Origin: Acidobacteriota bacterium
Lineage (GTDB): Bacteria > Acidobacteriota > Terriglobia > Terriglobales > Acidobacteriaceae
Assembly (NCBI GenBank): GCA_023265315.1
Contig: JAHFUA010000004.1
Location: 2,487-66,486, forward strand
Reading direction: 5' to 3'
Length of the DNA stretch: 64,000 nucleotides
Both the position numbers and the translations under genes were made by a program. The notes below the pieces were generated by a model. The model made no database searches and was not told where the DNA came from. It saw nothing but the letters and a program-made list of their open reading frames with translations. This document shows positions 54,176 through 63,028 of the stretch, piece by piece. Numbering within the stretch: position 1 is the first letter of the stretch; every line of letters begins with the position of its first letter.

Positions 54176-55474
54176 TCAGTGCGCGATGGCGAGGCCGAAG
54201 GGGTTGGCGCCTCCCGTGTTCGCCGCCGAGCCGCTCTGGGTGGGTGTGCCGGCTATGGGTGTGCAGGGCGGGGTCGTGCAGGCGGTAGTGCTGGTGACGG
54301 TGAACACCACGATGGTGCCGTGGTCGTAGTCGGTGACGTAGAGGAAGTGGCCGGGGGCGATCGCGGAAGTTGTGGAAGTAGCGGGAATAGAGGTGGGATC
54401 CGGCAGGATCACACCCACGGTACCGCCCACGCTGGTGTTGCTCTGAAAGACGAGAGGGACCAGCGGGTTGCCATTGGCATCAGTTGAGCATCCCGTGGGC
54501 ACCGGAGTCTGCATGCAGTTCAGGAAGAAGGAAATCGTGCGGATACCGGCATTGCCGGTATAGACAGAGTTGCCGCCGTCGACGCTCACCGCGATCGAGA
54601 CCGGAATGCTGCCGGCCACCGGCAGCGGCACGGCGGCCACGTCGGCGAGTGTGCCATTGGTGATGCTTGCGACGTATACCTTGTCGTCTAGGCTGGCGAC
54701 AAAGAGGAACTGGTTGTCGGGCGAAACTGCCAGCGCGACAGGCTGGGCGCCGCCGCCGCCGAGGAGAAACGGCGAACCGACCTGCGTCAGCACCCCGCTG
54801 CCGGTGTCAATCGAGAAAACCGAAACCGAGCCCTGGTTGTCGGGATTGGTACGACAGTGGCAGTTGGCCACGAACACGAACTTCCCCTGGGGATCGACGA
54901 CGACATTGAACGGGTCCGGCCCCACCGGCACGCCGGGCGGCGGACCCTGGGGCCCGATGGCGGTCAGTGTTCCTTTGCTGCTGTCGATGGAAAACGCCGC
55001 CAGATGATTGGTCGTCAGGTCGGCAGCATAGAGGAAGTTGCCGCTGGGCGTAACGGCGATGGGATCGTAATCGCCGCCACTGGCGAACATCTGCGGCACG
55101 TCCAGCGTGTGGTCGGTCTTGATGGGCATCAGCATGATGCCTCCGGTGACGGACCCGCTCAGTGTGCGACCGAGCACGCGCGTGATTACCCCGCCATTTT
55201 GCGTCGCCGGGATCCCCGCATACAGGAACTTGGTGGAAACCGCCGCTACCGTATAGGGCGCGTTCCCGGTGGTGACGAACGGTGAACCGCTGAAGTGGCC
55301 GAGCGTTCCCGTGGTGACGGTGAAGGCGGACATCGATCCCGGCCGGAAGGAGTTAGCGGCGTAGAGAAACCCGTTGGGCGCGGTCGTTGTGGTGGATGAC
55401 GAGCCGCACCCGGAAAGCAAAAACAGCAGCAGGCAACTGAGGCACAGAAGGACAGCCTTGTTCAATTGAGTCAT
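54176..55474 (-). CDS. lipoprotein, 7-bladed beta-propeller lactonase-like family
   Basis: Lipobox LLSGCG and repeated FLYAAN/FLYVT propeller-like motifs. The start codon lies inside an octamer array. Confidence 0.6.
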   Translation of the reverse strand: MTQLNKAVLLCLSCLLLFLLSGCGSSSTTTTAPNGFLYAANSFRPGSMSAFTVTTGTLGHFSGSPFVTTGNAPYTVAAVSTKFLYAGIPATQNGGVITRVLGRTLSGSVTGGIMLMPIKTDHTLDVPQMFASGGDYDPIAVTPSGNFLYAADLTTNHLAAFSIDSSKGTLTAIGPQGPPPGVPVGPDPFNVVVDPQGKFVFVANCHCRTNPDNQGSVSVFSIDTGSGVLTQVGSPFLLGGGGAQPVALAVSPDNQFLFVASLDDKVYVASITNGTLADVAAVPLPVAGSIPVSIAVSVDGGNSVYTGNAGIRTISFFLNCMQTPVPTGCSTDANGNPLVPLVFQSNTSVGGTVGVILPDPTSIPATSTTSAIAPGHFLYVTDYDHGTIVVFTVTSTTACTTPPCTPIAGTPTQSGSAANTGGANPFGLAIAH

Positions 55475-55528
55475 TGAGCCATTGAGTCATTGAGCCATTA
55501 AGCCGCAGCGCTTTTCAAATGACTCAAT
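55465..55528. repeat. octamer array ATTGAGTC ATTGAGCC ATTGAGTC ATTGAGCC ATTAAGCC plus an inverted unit ATGACTCAAT at 55519-55528
   Basis: Period 8. The first unit carries the lactonase ATG (55474). The same family occurs at 62328 and 63018. Confidence 0.88.
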
Positions 55529-55594
55529 CGCCAGGTTTTCAACAGTCCTTCGCTGGTTGAGGAGCTTAGGGTACCACAGACTCCGCCTCCCCAC

Positions 55595-58297
55595 TCAGGC
55601 GCGGGAGGGGTCAATCTTCTCGGTATCCACGCCCAGATCCTGCAAGGCCTTCTGCGCCTTGCGGGCGTCGAACTTGCCGCCGCGGGCCAGGCGGGAAAGC
55701 GCCGCAGCCACAATCGACTCTGCGTTCACCTCGAAGTGACGCCGCAGGTGCTGGCGGTTGTCGCTGCGTCCGAAGCCATCGGTGCCTAGCGTGACCAAGC
55801 GTCCGGTGAGCCAGGGCGCGAGCTGGTCGGGCACGATCTTCATGTAATCGGTGGCGGCAACGATGGGCCCTTCGGCGCCCTCCAGAGCCGCGAGGATGTA
55901 CGGCCGCTTTTCCTTTTCCGCCGGGTGCAGCCGGTTCCAACGCTCGGTGGCCAGCGCTTCGCGGCGGAGCTGGTTGTAGCTGGTCACGCTCCAGACATCG
56001 GCCTGGAGCTTGTACTTCTCCGCCAGGATCTGCTGCGCGCGCAAGGCTTCGTTGAGGATGGGTCCGCTGCCGAACAGTTGCAGCGCCGGCTTGCCGCCGG
56101 GAGCGGGCTTGAACTTGTAAATCCCGCGCAGGATGCCCTCGCGCGAGCCCTCGGGCATCTCCGGCATGGGGTAATCCTCGTTATAGACGGTGATGTAGTA
56201 GAAGTGGTCTTCGCCTTCCTGGTACATGCGGTGGATGCCGTCCTGCACGATGACGGCGATCTCGTACACGTAGGCGCAATCGTAGGTGGCGCAGGTAGGC
56301 ACCACGCTGGCCAGAACGTGGCTGTGCCCGTCGAGGTGCTGCAAGCCCTCGCCGGCGAGCGTAGTCCGCCCGGCCGTGCCGCCGAAGAGGAAGCCGCGGC
56401 CGCGCGCATCGGCGAACGCCCAGATCAGGTCGCCGACGCGCTGGAACCCAAACATCGAGTAGAAAGTAAAGAACGGGACCATGGGAATGCGGTAGTTGGC
56501 GTACGCGGTCCCCGCCGCAGTGAACGAGCCCATCGAGCCCGCTTCGGTGATGCCCTCTTCCAGGATCTGTCCGTCCTTGGCTTCGCGGTAGTAAAGCAGC
56601 ATGTCCTGATCGTGAGGCTCGTAGAGCTGGCCCTGGCTGGCGTAGATGCCGACCTGGCGGATGATCGACTCCATGCCGAAAGTCCGGGCCTCGTCGGGGA
56701 CGATGGGAACGACCAGCTTGCCGATCTCGGGATGCTTCAGCAGATGCCGCAGCATGCTGACGTAGCCCATGGTGGTCGAGACGGCGCGGCCCTTGGAACC
56801 GGCTAGAAATTCCTCAAAGTAATCCAGCTCCGGAGCCGGGAAGTCGAATTTGGGTACCTCGCGCTGCAGGACGTATCCGCCGAGTTCCTTGCGGCGCTGC
56901 TTCAGGTACAGGATCTCGGGGCTCTCCTCCGGCGGGCGATAGGGCGCGCCGTCGTGGGCTGCCTCTTGCGGAATGGGGATCTCGAAACGCGCGCGGAAGG
57001 CGGCCAGGTCCTTGTCGCTGAGCTTCTTTTCCTGATGGGTGGCGTTCCGGGCTTCAGCCGAGCCCAGGCCGTAGCCCTTGATGGTCTTGGCCAGGATCAC
57101 GGTGGGCGCGCCGCGATGCTCGACCGCGTATTTGTATGCGTTATAAACCTTCTGCGGATCGAGTCCGCCCAGGCGCAGGCGGCCAATCTCTTCGTCGCTC
57201 CTGTGCCCTACCAGCTCCAGCAGTTGCGGGTACTTGCCGAAAAACTTCTCGCGGATGTAAGCGCCACCCTTTACCTTGAAGCTCTGATAGTCGCCGTCCA
57301 CGCACTCTTCCATACGCTTGAGCAGCAGGCCGGTAGAGTCGCGCGCCAGCAGTTCGTCCCAGTCGCAGCCCCAGATCACCTTGATCACGTTCCAGCCGGC
57401 GCCGCGGAAGGCGGCTTCCAGTTCCTGGATGATCTTGCCGTTGCCGCGCACCGGACCGTCCAGCCGCTGCAGATTGCAGTTGACGACGAAGATCAGGTTG
57501 TCCAGCTTCTCGCGCGAGGCCAGGGTGAGCGAGCCCATGGATTCAGGCTCGTCCATCTCGCCATCGCCGACGAACGCCCAGATCTTGCGATCCGTCTTGG
57601 GAATGATGCCGCGGTTCTCCAAATATCGCATGAAGCGGGCCTGGTAGATGGCGTTGATCGGGCTTAGGCCCATTGAGACCGTGGGGAAACGCCAGAAATG
57701 CGGCATCAGCCAGGGATGTGGATAAGACGACAGACCGGGCTTGCCCCGGAGCTCGTGACGAAAATTCTCGATCTGTTCCTCTGTGAGCAGGCCGGCAAGG
57801 AAGGCGCGCGCATAGACTCCGGGCGAGGCGTGCCCCTGGAGATAGAGGAAGTCGCCGGGTTCGTCGCCGTAGCGGGCGCGGAAGAAGTGGTTAAAGCCCA
57901 CCTCCAGCAGGGTGGCCAAAGAGGAGTAGGTGGAAATATGTCCGCCAATGCCCGGGTCCTTCTTGTTCTGGCGATGGACCATCGCCATAGCATTCCAGCG
58001 GACCAGACTCTTCAGGCGGCGCTCGATGAGGCGATCGCCCGGGTAGGGCTCCTCTTCCTCTACGTGGATGGTGTTGACGTAGGGAGTGTTCAACTGAATG
58101 GGTAGATCGACACCGGCCTGGCGGGCGCGGCGGGTGAGAGCACCGAGCAAGTGCGCACCTGCCATAGGGCCCTCTTCAACCACCACCTGATCGAAGGCTT
58201 CGATCCACTCGGATGTTTCGTCCACCACGTCGGGCTGTGCTGTATAAGGCTCGGTTGCCTCGAGGTCGGCGGGAGGGGCAATTTTCGTCGTCGTCAT
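55595..58297 (-). CDS. aceE: pyruvate dehydrogenase E1 component, homodimeric type
   Basis: 900 aa with an AceE-type N-terminus, the TPP motif GDGEMDEPES, and full-length similarity to AceE as I recall it. Confidence 0.92.
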   Translation of the reverse strand: MTTTKIAPPADLEATEPYTAQPDVVDETSEWIEAFDQVVVEEGPMAGAHLLGALTRRARQAGVDLPIQLNTPYVNTIHVEEEEPYPGDRLIERRLKSLVRWNAMAMVHRQNKKDPGIGGHISTYSSLATLLEVGFNHFFRARYGDEPGDFLYLQGHASPGVYARAFLAGLLTEEQIENFRHELRGKPGLSSYPHPWLMPHFWRFPTVSMGLSPINAIYQARFMRYLENRGIIPKTDRKIWAFVGDGEMDEPESMGSLTLASREKLDNLIFVVNCNLQRLDGPVRGNGKIIQELEAAFRGAGWNVIKVIWGCDWDELLARDSTGLLLKRMEECVDGDYQSFKVKGGAYIREKFFGKYPQLLELVGHRSDEEIGRLRLGGLDPQKVYNAYKYAVEHRGAPTVILAKTIKGYGLGSAEARNATHQEKKLSDKDLAAFRARFEIPIPQEAAHDGAPYRPPEESPEILYLKQRRKELGGYVLQREVPKFDFPAPELDYFEEFLAGSKGRAVSTTMGYVSMLRHLLKHPEIGKLVVPIVPDEARTFGMESIIRQVGIYASQGQLYEPHDQDMLLYYREAKDGQILEEGITEAGSMGSFTAAGTAYANYRIPMVPFFTFYSMFGFQRVGDLIWAFADARGRGFLFGGTAGRTTLAGEGLQHLDGHSHVLASVVPTCATYDCAYVYEIAVIVQDGIHRMYQEGEDHFYYITVYNEDYPMPEMPEGSREGILRGIYKFKPAPGGKPALQLFGSGPILNEALRAQQILAEKYKLQADVWSVTSYNQLRREALATERWNRLHPAEKEKRPYILAALEGAEGPIVAATDYMKIVPDQLAPWLTGRLVTLGTDGFGRSDNRQHLRRHFEVNAESIVAAALSRLARGGKFDARKAQKALQDLGVDTEKIDPSRA

Positions 58298-58494
58298 AGG
58301 TCGTCTCTTCCGTTACAGGAGCCCCCGGGCACGGAGTTCATCAGTTCGCGGACGGCGCACCGAGCGGGAGTCCGTAGGAAGGCATATATCTTTTGATTCC
58401 CGATCATCCACGGGCGTTACTAAGAGTTTAGTGTCTTGGTGGGGACAGCCGCAAGAGAAGGAGATGGTTCCCGCACCCCATCAGGCATGGTGCC

Positions 58495-58745
58495 TCACCT
58501 TCGCGAAGCCAGGGTGGGGAGATTGAGTCGAAATGGACGGCCAGCAGATGAGATAGTGCAAGCAAGCACAGGACCGATTACGACCTGCACGACAACTTCG
58601 TGTGCGCCTGAAGCAAACCGCAGGAGCGCGTGGTTACTCACCCTGCTAGCTTTCTCTTCATGAACCGCGGCAGAAAGGGCTCCAGCTTCAACTGTTGCTG
58701 CCGGGTCAAATACTTGAATCCTTTGATTTCGCCGTCGCATGAGGC
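58495..58745 (-). mobile_element. decayed fragment resembling the N-terminus of an IS5-group (DUF4096-type) transposase
   Basis: Two adjacent frames read GFKYLTRQQQLKLEPFLPRF and VSNHALLRFASGAHEVVVQVVIGPV. By eye these align to LTDxQWxxLxPLLP ... VxNxxLxxxRTGAxW...YGPW. The alignment needs a frameshift, and there is no catalytic domain or IRs. Confidence 0.3.
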
Positions 58746-58749
58746 AGAG

Positions 58750-58931
58750 CTCATGGGTCAGCCACTTGCGCTCTTCCACCAGATCACGCTGCATGTAGGC
58801 GGCATGTAGGCGGCAAGCGCGATCGGCCCGCCGAAGCCGACCGTTCCCAGCCAGAGGAAGTACCCGACCATGCGCCACAACGAGTACTGGGGCGCCGCTG
58901 GTGCGATGGGCCTGGCCATGGGGCTCTGCAT
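58750..58931 (-). pseudogene. chrA: chromate transporter (ChrA) N-terminal fragment, frameshifted by an 11-bp tandem duplication and truncated
   Basis: Reads ...YFLWLGTVGFGGPIALAAYM, then after the duplication GCATGTAGGCG x2 (58791-58812) QRDLVEERKWLTHE in another frame. This matches the ChrA motif LG..FGGP.A......R..V..R.WL. Only about 57 codons remain. Confidence 0.65.
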
Positions 58932-58954
58932 AGATGACCGATCGACACGCTGAG

Positions 58955-59890
58955 TTATTTCGCGGCGTGTTCGCTTGCTGCCGACTGGGTCTGGTCGAGC
59001 GCCGCACGCAGGCCGCGCGCCAGCTTGATGGCGTCGTCGTTCGCCCAGAAGTGCATAAAGAACAGGTGTGGTTGATCGTTGAGCATGTGGCTGTGCAGGG
59101 CCGTGACTTGAATCCCGTGGTTCCGCAGCTCGCGAATCACCGGATTGACCTCGTTGGGGAGCAGAACGAAATCCCCGGTGATGGCGGCGTGTCCCTTGCC
59201 CGTAGGTTGGAAATTGAGGCTGGTGGCCGTACCCATCGAGGGAGTGACTTCCATACCTTCATCCATGATCTTCTCGGTGCGCGGCACGCTGACCTGGAAA
59301 ATGCCGCCGTTCACCTTGCCTTTGTGTCCCAGGATGGAGTCGATCTGCGCCGTATCGATCGCAAGGCTCTGTTCCGCAGGCGTTGCTGACCCACTCTCGG
59401 CCGCCGGTGTGCCGGTCAGGGCCAGCGCGTCGTGAATCGCCTTCGCCGTCTTGACGGCATCGCCGTGTCCGGCGATGTGCATGTACATGACGCGCGGACT
59501 CTCATGCAGCAAATGGTTGTGAACGGCAGTCTGCTGAATCCCTTGCTGCTGCAGCTTCAGCATCACCGGCCCGACTTCATCCTCGGTGAGGACAAGATCG
59601 CCCATCGCCATGGCGTGTGCCGGCGTTCCTCCGAATGCGACCCACGTGCCCAGCGCGAAGCCAGCTTGGATGGGCGTCCCCTTGACCGTGACCTTCAGGT
59701 CTTTGCGGGGCATGCTGAACTTGAAGGCGCCGTCGGGCTGCAGCTTTCCGGGACGCCCCATCGCGTCTTCGACCGGCTTCCACTCCCTGTCGTCCTGGGG
59801 CTTTCCGGTTTGCGCCCATGCGCATACGAGCCACACCAGCATGAGTATCGCTGGCGCCAGAATTTTCTTCGTGACCTTCGCAACCTGCAT
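58955..59890 (-). CDS. DUF1259 (LppY/LpqO-like) secreted protein
   Basis: Signal peptide and a duplicated domain with HNHLLHESPRVMYMH / HSHMLNDQPHLFFMH motifs. RBS GGAGGAAAAG. Confidence 0.75.
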   Translation of the reverse strand: MQVAKVTKKILAPAILMLVWLVCAWAQTGKPQDDREWKPVEDAMGRPGKLQPDGAFKFSMPRKDLKVTVKGTPIQAGFALGTWVAFGGTPAHAMAMGDLVLTEDEVGPVMLKLQQQGIQQTAVHNHLLHESPRVMYMHIAGHGDAVKTAKAIHDALALTGTPAAESGSATPAEQSLAIDTAQIDSILGHKGKVNGGIFQVSVPRTEKIMDEGMEVTPSMGTATSLNFQPTGKGHAAITGDFVLLPNEVNPVIRELRNHGIQVTALHSHMLNDQPHLFFMHFWANDDAIKLARGLRAALDQTQSAASEHAAK

Positions 59891-60209
59891 TGTCTTTTCC
59901 TCCCAAGCTTCGTGGGTGCGGGCAATTCACAACGACCGGTACAGCCCCTCGATGAGTTCCATGCAGCGCCGCAACAGTTCGTCGTCGGAGACACCTTGCT
60001 GCGCTCAACCGATCAGCACACGGTCCAGCCCCTTCCGCGCGGCCAAACTTCAAATATTGTTTCACATGTCAAGCGGCGGAATTGGGGTTAGCCGGCCCTG
60101 GTATCAGGGAAGAGAGCAGGAGCGCTGGCTGCGATTTGTTGAAATCACCGACGACAGCTTGGGGAACTTCGGCGGGCGACTCGCACAACGCAACATCGAC
60201 GCTGTGGAC

Positions 60210-62237
60210 TCAGCACGACAACTGGGGAACCTCGATCTGGCCGGCCACGAGCAGCTCTTCGAAGGCGCGCGCATCCACCGGCTTGCTGAAGAAGTAGCCT
60301 TGCGCGAAGTCGCAGCCCAGCTCCTTGAGGTATTTCACCTGCTCGGCCGTCTCCGTGCCCTCGGCCACCACCTTCATGCCGAGCTGCTGTCCCAGCATGA
60401 CGATGATGCGCACGATCTCGCGCTTGTCGGGGTCATCGTGCATGTCGGAGATGAAGCTGCGGTCGATCTTCAGAGTATCCAAGGGAAGCCCTTGCAGGCG
60501 GCTGAGCGAGGAGTAGCCGGTACCGAAATCGTCGATGCTCAGGCGGACGCCGAGACCCTTGAGTTGCGAAAGCACCTGGGCAGCGTTTTCGGCATCGGCC
60601 ATGGCCACGGTCTCGCGGATCTCCAGTTGCAAGTGGCGGGGATTCATGGCGGTTTGTTGCAGCGTCAGGCGGATGCTGCTCAGCAGGTCCTCCTGCAGCA
60701 GTTCCTTGGAGGTGATGTTGGCGGTGACAGCGAGGGGAGGATCCGAAGGATAGCGCGCGTGCCAGACGCGAGCCTGCTGGCAAATCTCACGCAGCAGCCA
60801 GCGGTTCATGGGAACGATCAGTCCCGTCTGCTCGGCAACCTCGATAAACTCGCCGGGCATGACCAGGCCGCGCTCGGGATGCTGCCAGCGTGCCAGCGCC
60901 TCGAAGCCGGTGATGCGGCCGTTCTCGAGTTGCACGATGGGCTGGTAGTGGACCAGGAACTCTCCACGGGCGACAGCCGCGCGCAGGTCCCGCTCCAGCC
61001 GCAGGCGGTCGACTGCCTGCGAGTGCATTTCCGAGTCGAAAACCTCGCAGCGGGCCTTGCCCGCGGTCTTGGCGCGGCACATGGCGATATCGGCGTCGCG
61101 CAGCAAGTCCTCCGCCCGGTCGCGGCCAGACGAACTCAGAACGATGCCGATGCTGGCGGAGGAGAATACCTCCTGGTTGTTGAAGGTGAAGGGGGCCGCT
61201 ACCGCGTCCTGGATGCGGGAGGCCACGCGAATGGCGTCACTGGGATCCTTGATGTCGTCCAGCAGAACGGCGAATTCGTCGCCCCCCAGCCGCGCCAGGG
61301 TATCGTCGCCATGGGGCATCAGGGCCAGGCGAGCCACCGCCTGGTGCTTGCGGAGAGACGACGCCAGCCGAACTGCGAGCTCCACGATCGCCTCGTCGCC
61401 GGCGGCATATCCGAAGCTGTCGTTGAACTTTTTGAAATCGTCCACGTCGATGAACAGGACGGCAAATTTGTATTCCGGGTGGCGCCGCGAGTAGATAAAG
61501 GCACGCTGCACGCGATCCAGGAACAGGGAGCGGTTGGGCAGGCCGGTGAGCGCGTCGTGGAGGCTCTGATGGACCAGCTTTTCCTCGGCATGCTTGCGGG
61601 CGGTGATGTCGCGGTTCACGATGACCATCTTTTCCGCCTTGCCGGTCTCATCGAGGATGGGGCTGGCGGAGGATTCCAGCACGCGCCAGCTCCCGTCCTT
61701 GTGCCGTATGCGGTATTCCAGAGTGCGGCCGACGCCGGTGCGGCGCGCGTGCTCCGCGGCTTCCAGCACGCGATGGCGGTCGTCGGGATGGATCTGCTCA
61801 AAAGACGAGGTGGCGCTCAGTTCCGCGGCGGAGTAGCCCAGCACTTTCTGGTACGCCGGGCTGTTGTAGAGGCGGTTGCCTCCCATATCCACCAGCGCGA
61901 TCATGTCGCCGGCGTTCTCGCTGACCAGGCGGAACAGCTCGTCGCGCTCGCTCAGCCGGCGCCGTATGCGGGAGATCTGCAACTGCAGGTAAAGCGTGTA
62001 AATGTCGAACAGCAGCACGGCGCCCACCAGCCCGCGCGTCGCCAGCTTCAGGTTGAAGGCATAAAAAGGATCGACCTGGGTATACAGCAGGGGCAGCAGG
62101 AAGGACGTGATGCCCGCCGTCAACAACAGCGTCACCAGGACGGCCAGCGACCACAACCACCACTCGCGCCGCTCCGCCTGGCGCAGACGAGTGCGCACCG
62201 GCTCGCCCGCTCTGGTGGCGCTTCTGGGCATGCCCAC
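60210..62237 (-). CDS. membrane-anchored PAS-GGDEF-EAL signalling protein
   Basis: 2 N-terminal TM, a PAS block, RLGGDEFAVLL (GGDEF), and GFEALARW, DDFGTGYSS and QGYFFSKP (EAL). Start GTG 62237 or ATG 62231. Confidence 0.9.
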   Translation of the reverse strand: MGMPRSATRAGEPVRTRLRQAERREWWLWSLAVLVTLLLTAGITSFLLPLLYTQVDPFYAFNLKLATRGLVGAVLLFDIYTLYLQLQISRIRRRLSERDELFRLVSENAGDMIALVDMGGNRLYNSPAYQKVLGYSAAELSATSSFEQIHPDDRHRVLEAAEHARRTGVGRTLEYRIRHKDGSWRVLESSASPILDETGKAEKMVIVNRDITARKHAEEKLVHQSLHDALTGLPNRSLFLDRVQRAFIYSRRHPEYKFAVLFIDVDDFKKFNDSFGYAAGDEAIVELAVRLASSLRKHQAVARLALMPHGDDTLARLGGDEFAVLLDDIKDPSDAIRVASRIQDAVAAPFTFNNQEVFSSASIGIVLSSSGRDRAEDLLRDADIAMCRAKTAGKARCEVFDSEMHSQAVDRLRLERDLRAAVARGEFLVHYQPIVQLENGRITGFEALARWQHPERGLVMPGEFIEVAEQTGLIVPMNRWLLREICQQARVWHARYPSDPPLAVTANITSKELLQEDLLSSIRLTLQQTAMNPRHLQLEIRETVAMADAENAAQVLSQLKGLGVRLSIDDFGTGYSSLSRLQGLPLDTLKIDRSFISDMHDDPDKREIVRIIVMLGQQLGMKVVAEGTETAEQVKYLKELGCDFAQGYFFSKPVDARAFEELLVAGQIEVPQLSC

Positions 62238-62326
62238 CTAGCCTAAGCCCAAAGGTAATCATCCCCAACTAACGGAAGTACAGGGGTGGACTGCGCTGGT
62301 AGGCGGTGACCCGGCGGATGCCGGGC

Positions 62327-63028
62327 TCAATGACCCAATGACTCAATCTCCTTATCCACGGGCCCGGCCTGGCGCATCCAGCGCCACATGAGCGCGGCTG
62401 CCGCCACCATCGCGATGATAAGGACCGCCACTAGAACCAACCAGCCCAAGTAACGTTCGGGATGGCGGACCAGGAGGACGAAGTGGCGTCCGTAGCGGGC
62501 CGCCGCCCACGCCAGCAGACCGTAGCGGAGGGCGCGCCCCACCGCCACGGCGCTGAGATATCGCCGGGCGGGATAGTTCAAAATGCCAGCCGCGGCGAGG
62601 ACCACCGTCGCCGGGAACGGTGGAGGAAGAAGCGTGGCGCCGATCAGAGTGCCTCCTCCCCACTGGCGGACGAAGTCGAGCAGGCGGTGCGCCCTGCTCT
62701 CGCCGAATTTGCGGGTGAGGTAGGCCTCACCGGCCTTGCGGGCAAGCGAATAGGTGATGAAAGAACCGATCACCGCCCCGGCAGTGGCGACCAGCGCGTA
62801 GGAGTACCAGGGCTGGCGGTGCCGCGCGGCCAGGACGACGATTACCAGATCGAGACCCCCGAAGGTGGGCACGGGCGAGCTATCTAGGATGGCCAGCGCC
62901 AGCAGGCCAAGAACCCCCAACGAACGCAGGGCGGCTTGCCAACTGGTGTGACGGGGAGTGCGCCGGGCAGCCCGCCACAGCAAGCTAGCCAGCGGTCGCC
63001 AGAACGGAGGAATCTGCCATTGAGTCAT
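62327..63028 (-). CDS. DedA/YqaA-like (VTT domain) membrane protein
   Basis: 233 aa, multi-TM, motif GSFITYSLARKAGEAYL...LLPPPFP. Both ends are embedded in octamer arrays. Confidence 0.65.
   Translation of the reverse strand: MTQWQIPPFWRPLASLLWRAARRTPRHTSWQAALRSLGVLGLLALAILDSSPVPTFGGLDLVIVVLAARHRQPWYSYALVATAGAVIGSFITYSLARKAGEAYLTRKFGESRAHRLLDFVRQWGGGTLIGATLLPPPFPATVVLAAAGILNYPARRYLSAVAVGRALRYGLLAWAAARYGRHFVLLVRHPERYLGWLVLVAVLIIAMVAAAALMWRWMRQAGPVDKEIESLGH
62328..62351. repeat. octamer array CAATGACC CAATGACT CAATCTCC
   Basis: Period 8, the reverse-complement family of ATTGAGTC. It overlaps the stop codon (62327-62329). Confidence 0.8.

Noticed and set aside
58436-59007. ORFs 58436..58663 (+) and 58495..59007 (-) as intact genes
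   Set aside because: The minus ORF is a chimera of frames across the ChrA fragment, the 11-bp duplication and the IS-like remnant. The plus ORF is antisense to these remnants and has no motif.
59891-60209. Promoter or operator call around TTGACA (minus strand, about 60070) and a short frame reading QQGVSDDELLRRCMELIEGLYRSL*
   Set aside because: No acceptable -10 element lies at 16-18 nt spacing from the TTGACA. The 24-codon frame has no start or recognisable family, so the evidence is too weak for a feature.
59586-62246. 886-aa plus-strand ORF
   Set aside because: It is antisense to the PAS-GGDEF-EAL gene and the DUF1259 gene, whose motifs are unambiguous. The composition is typical of a GC-rich shadow ORF.
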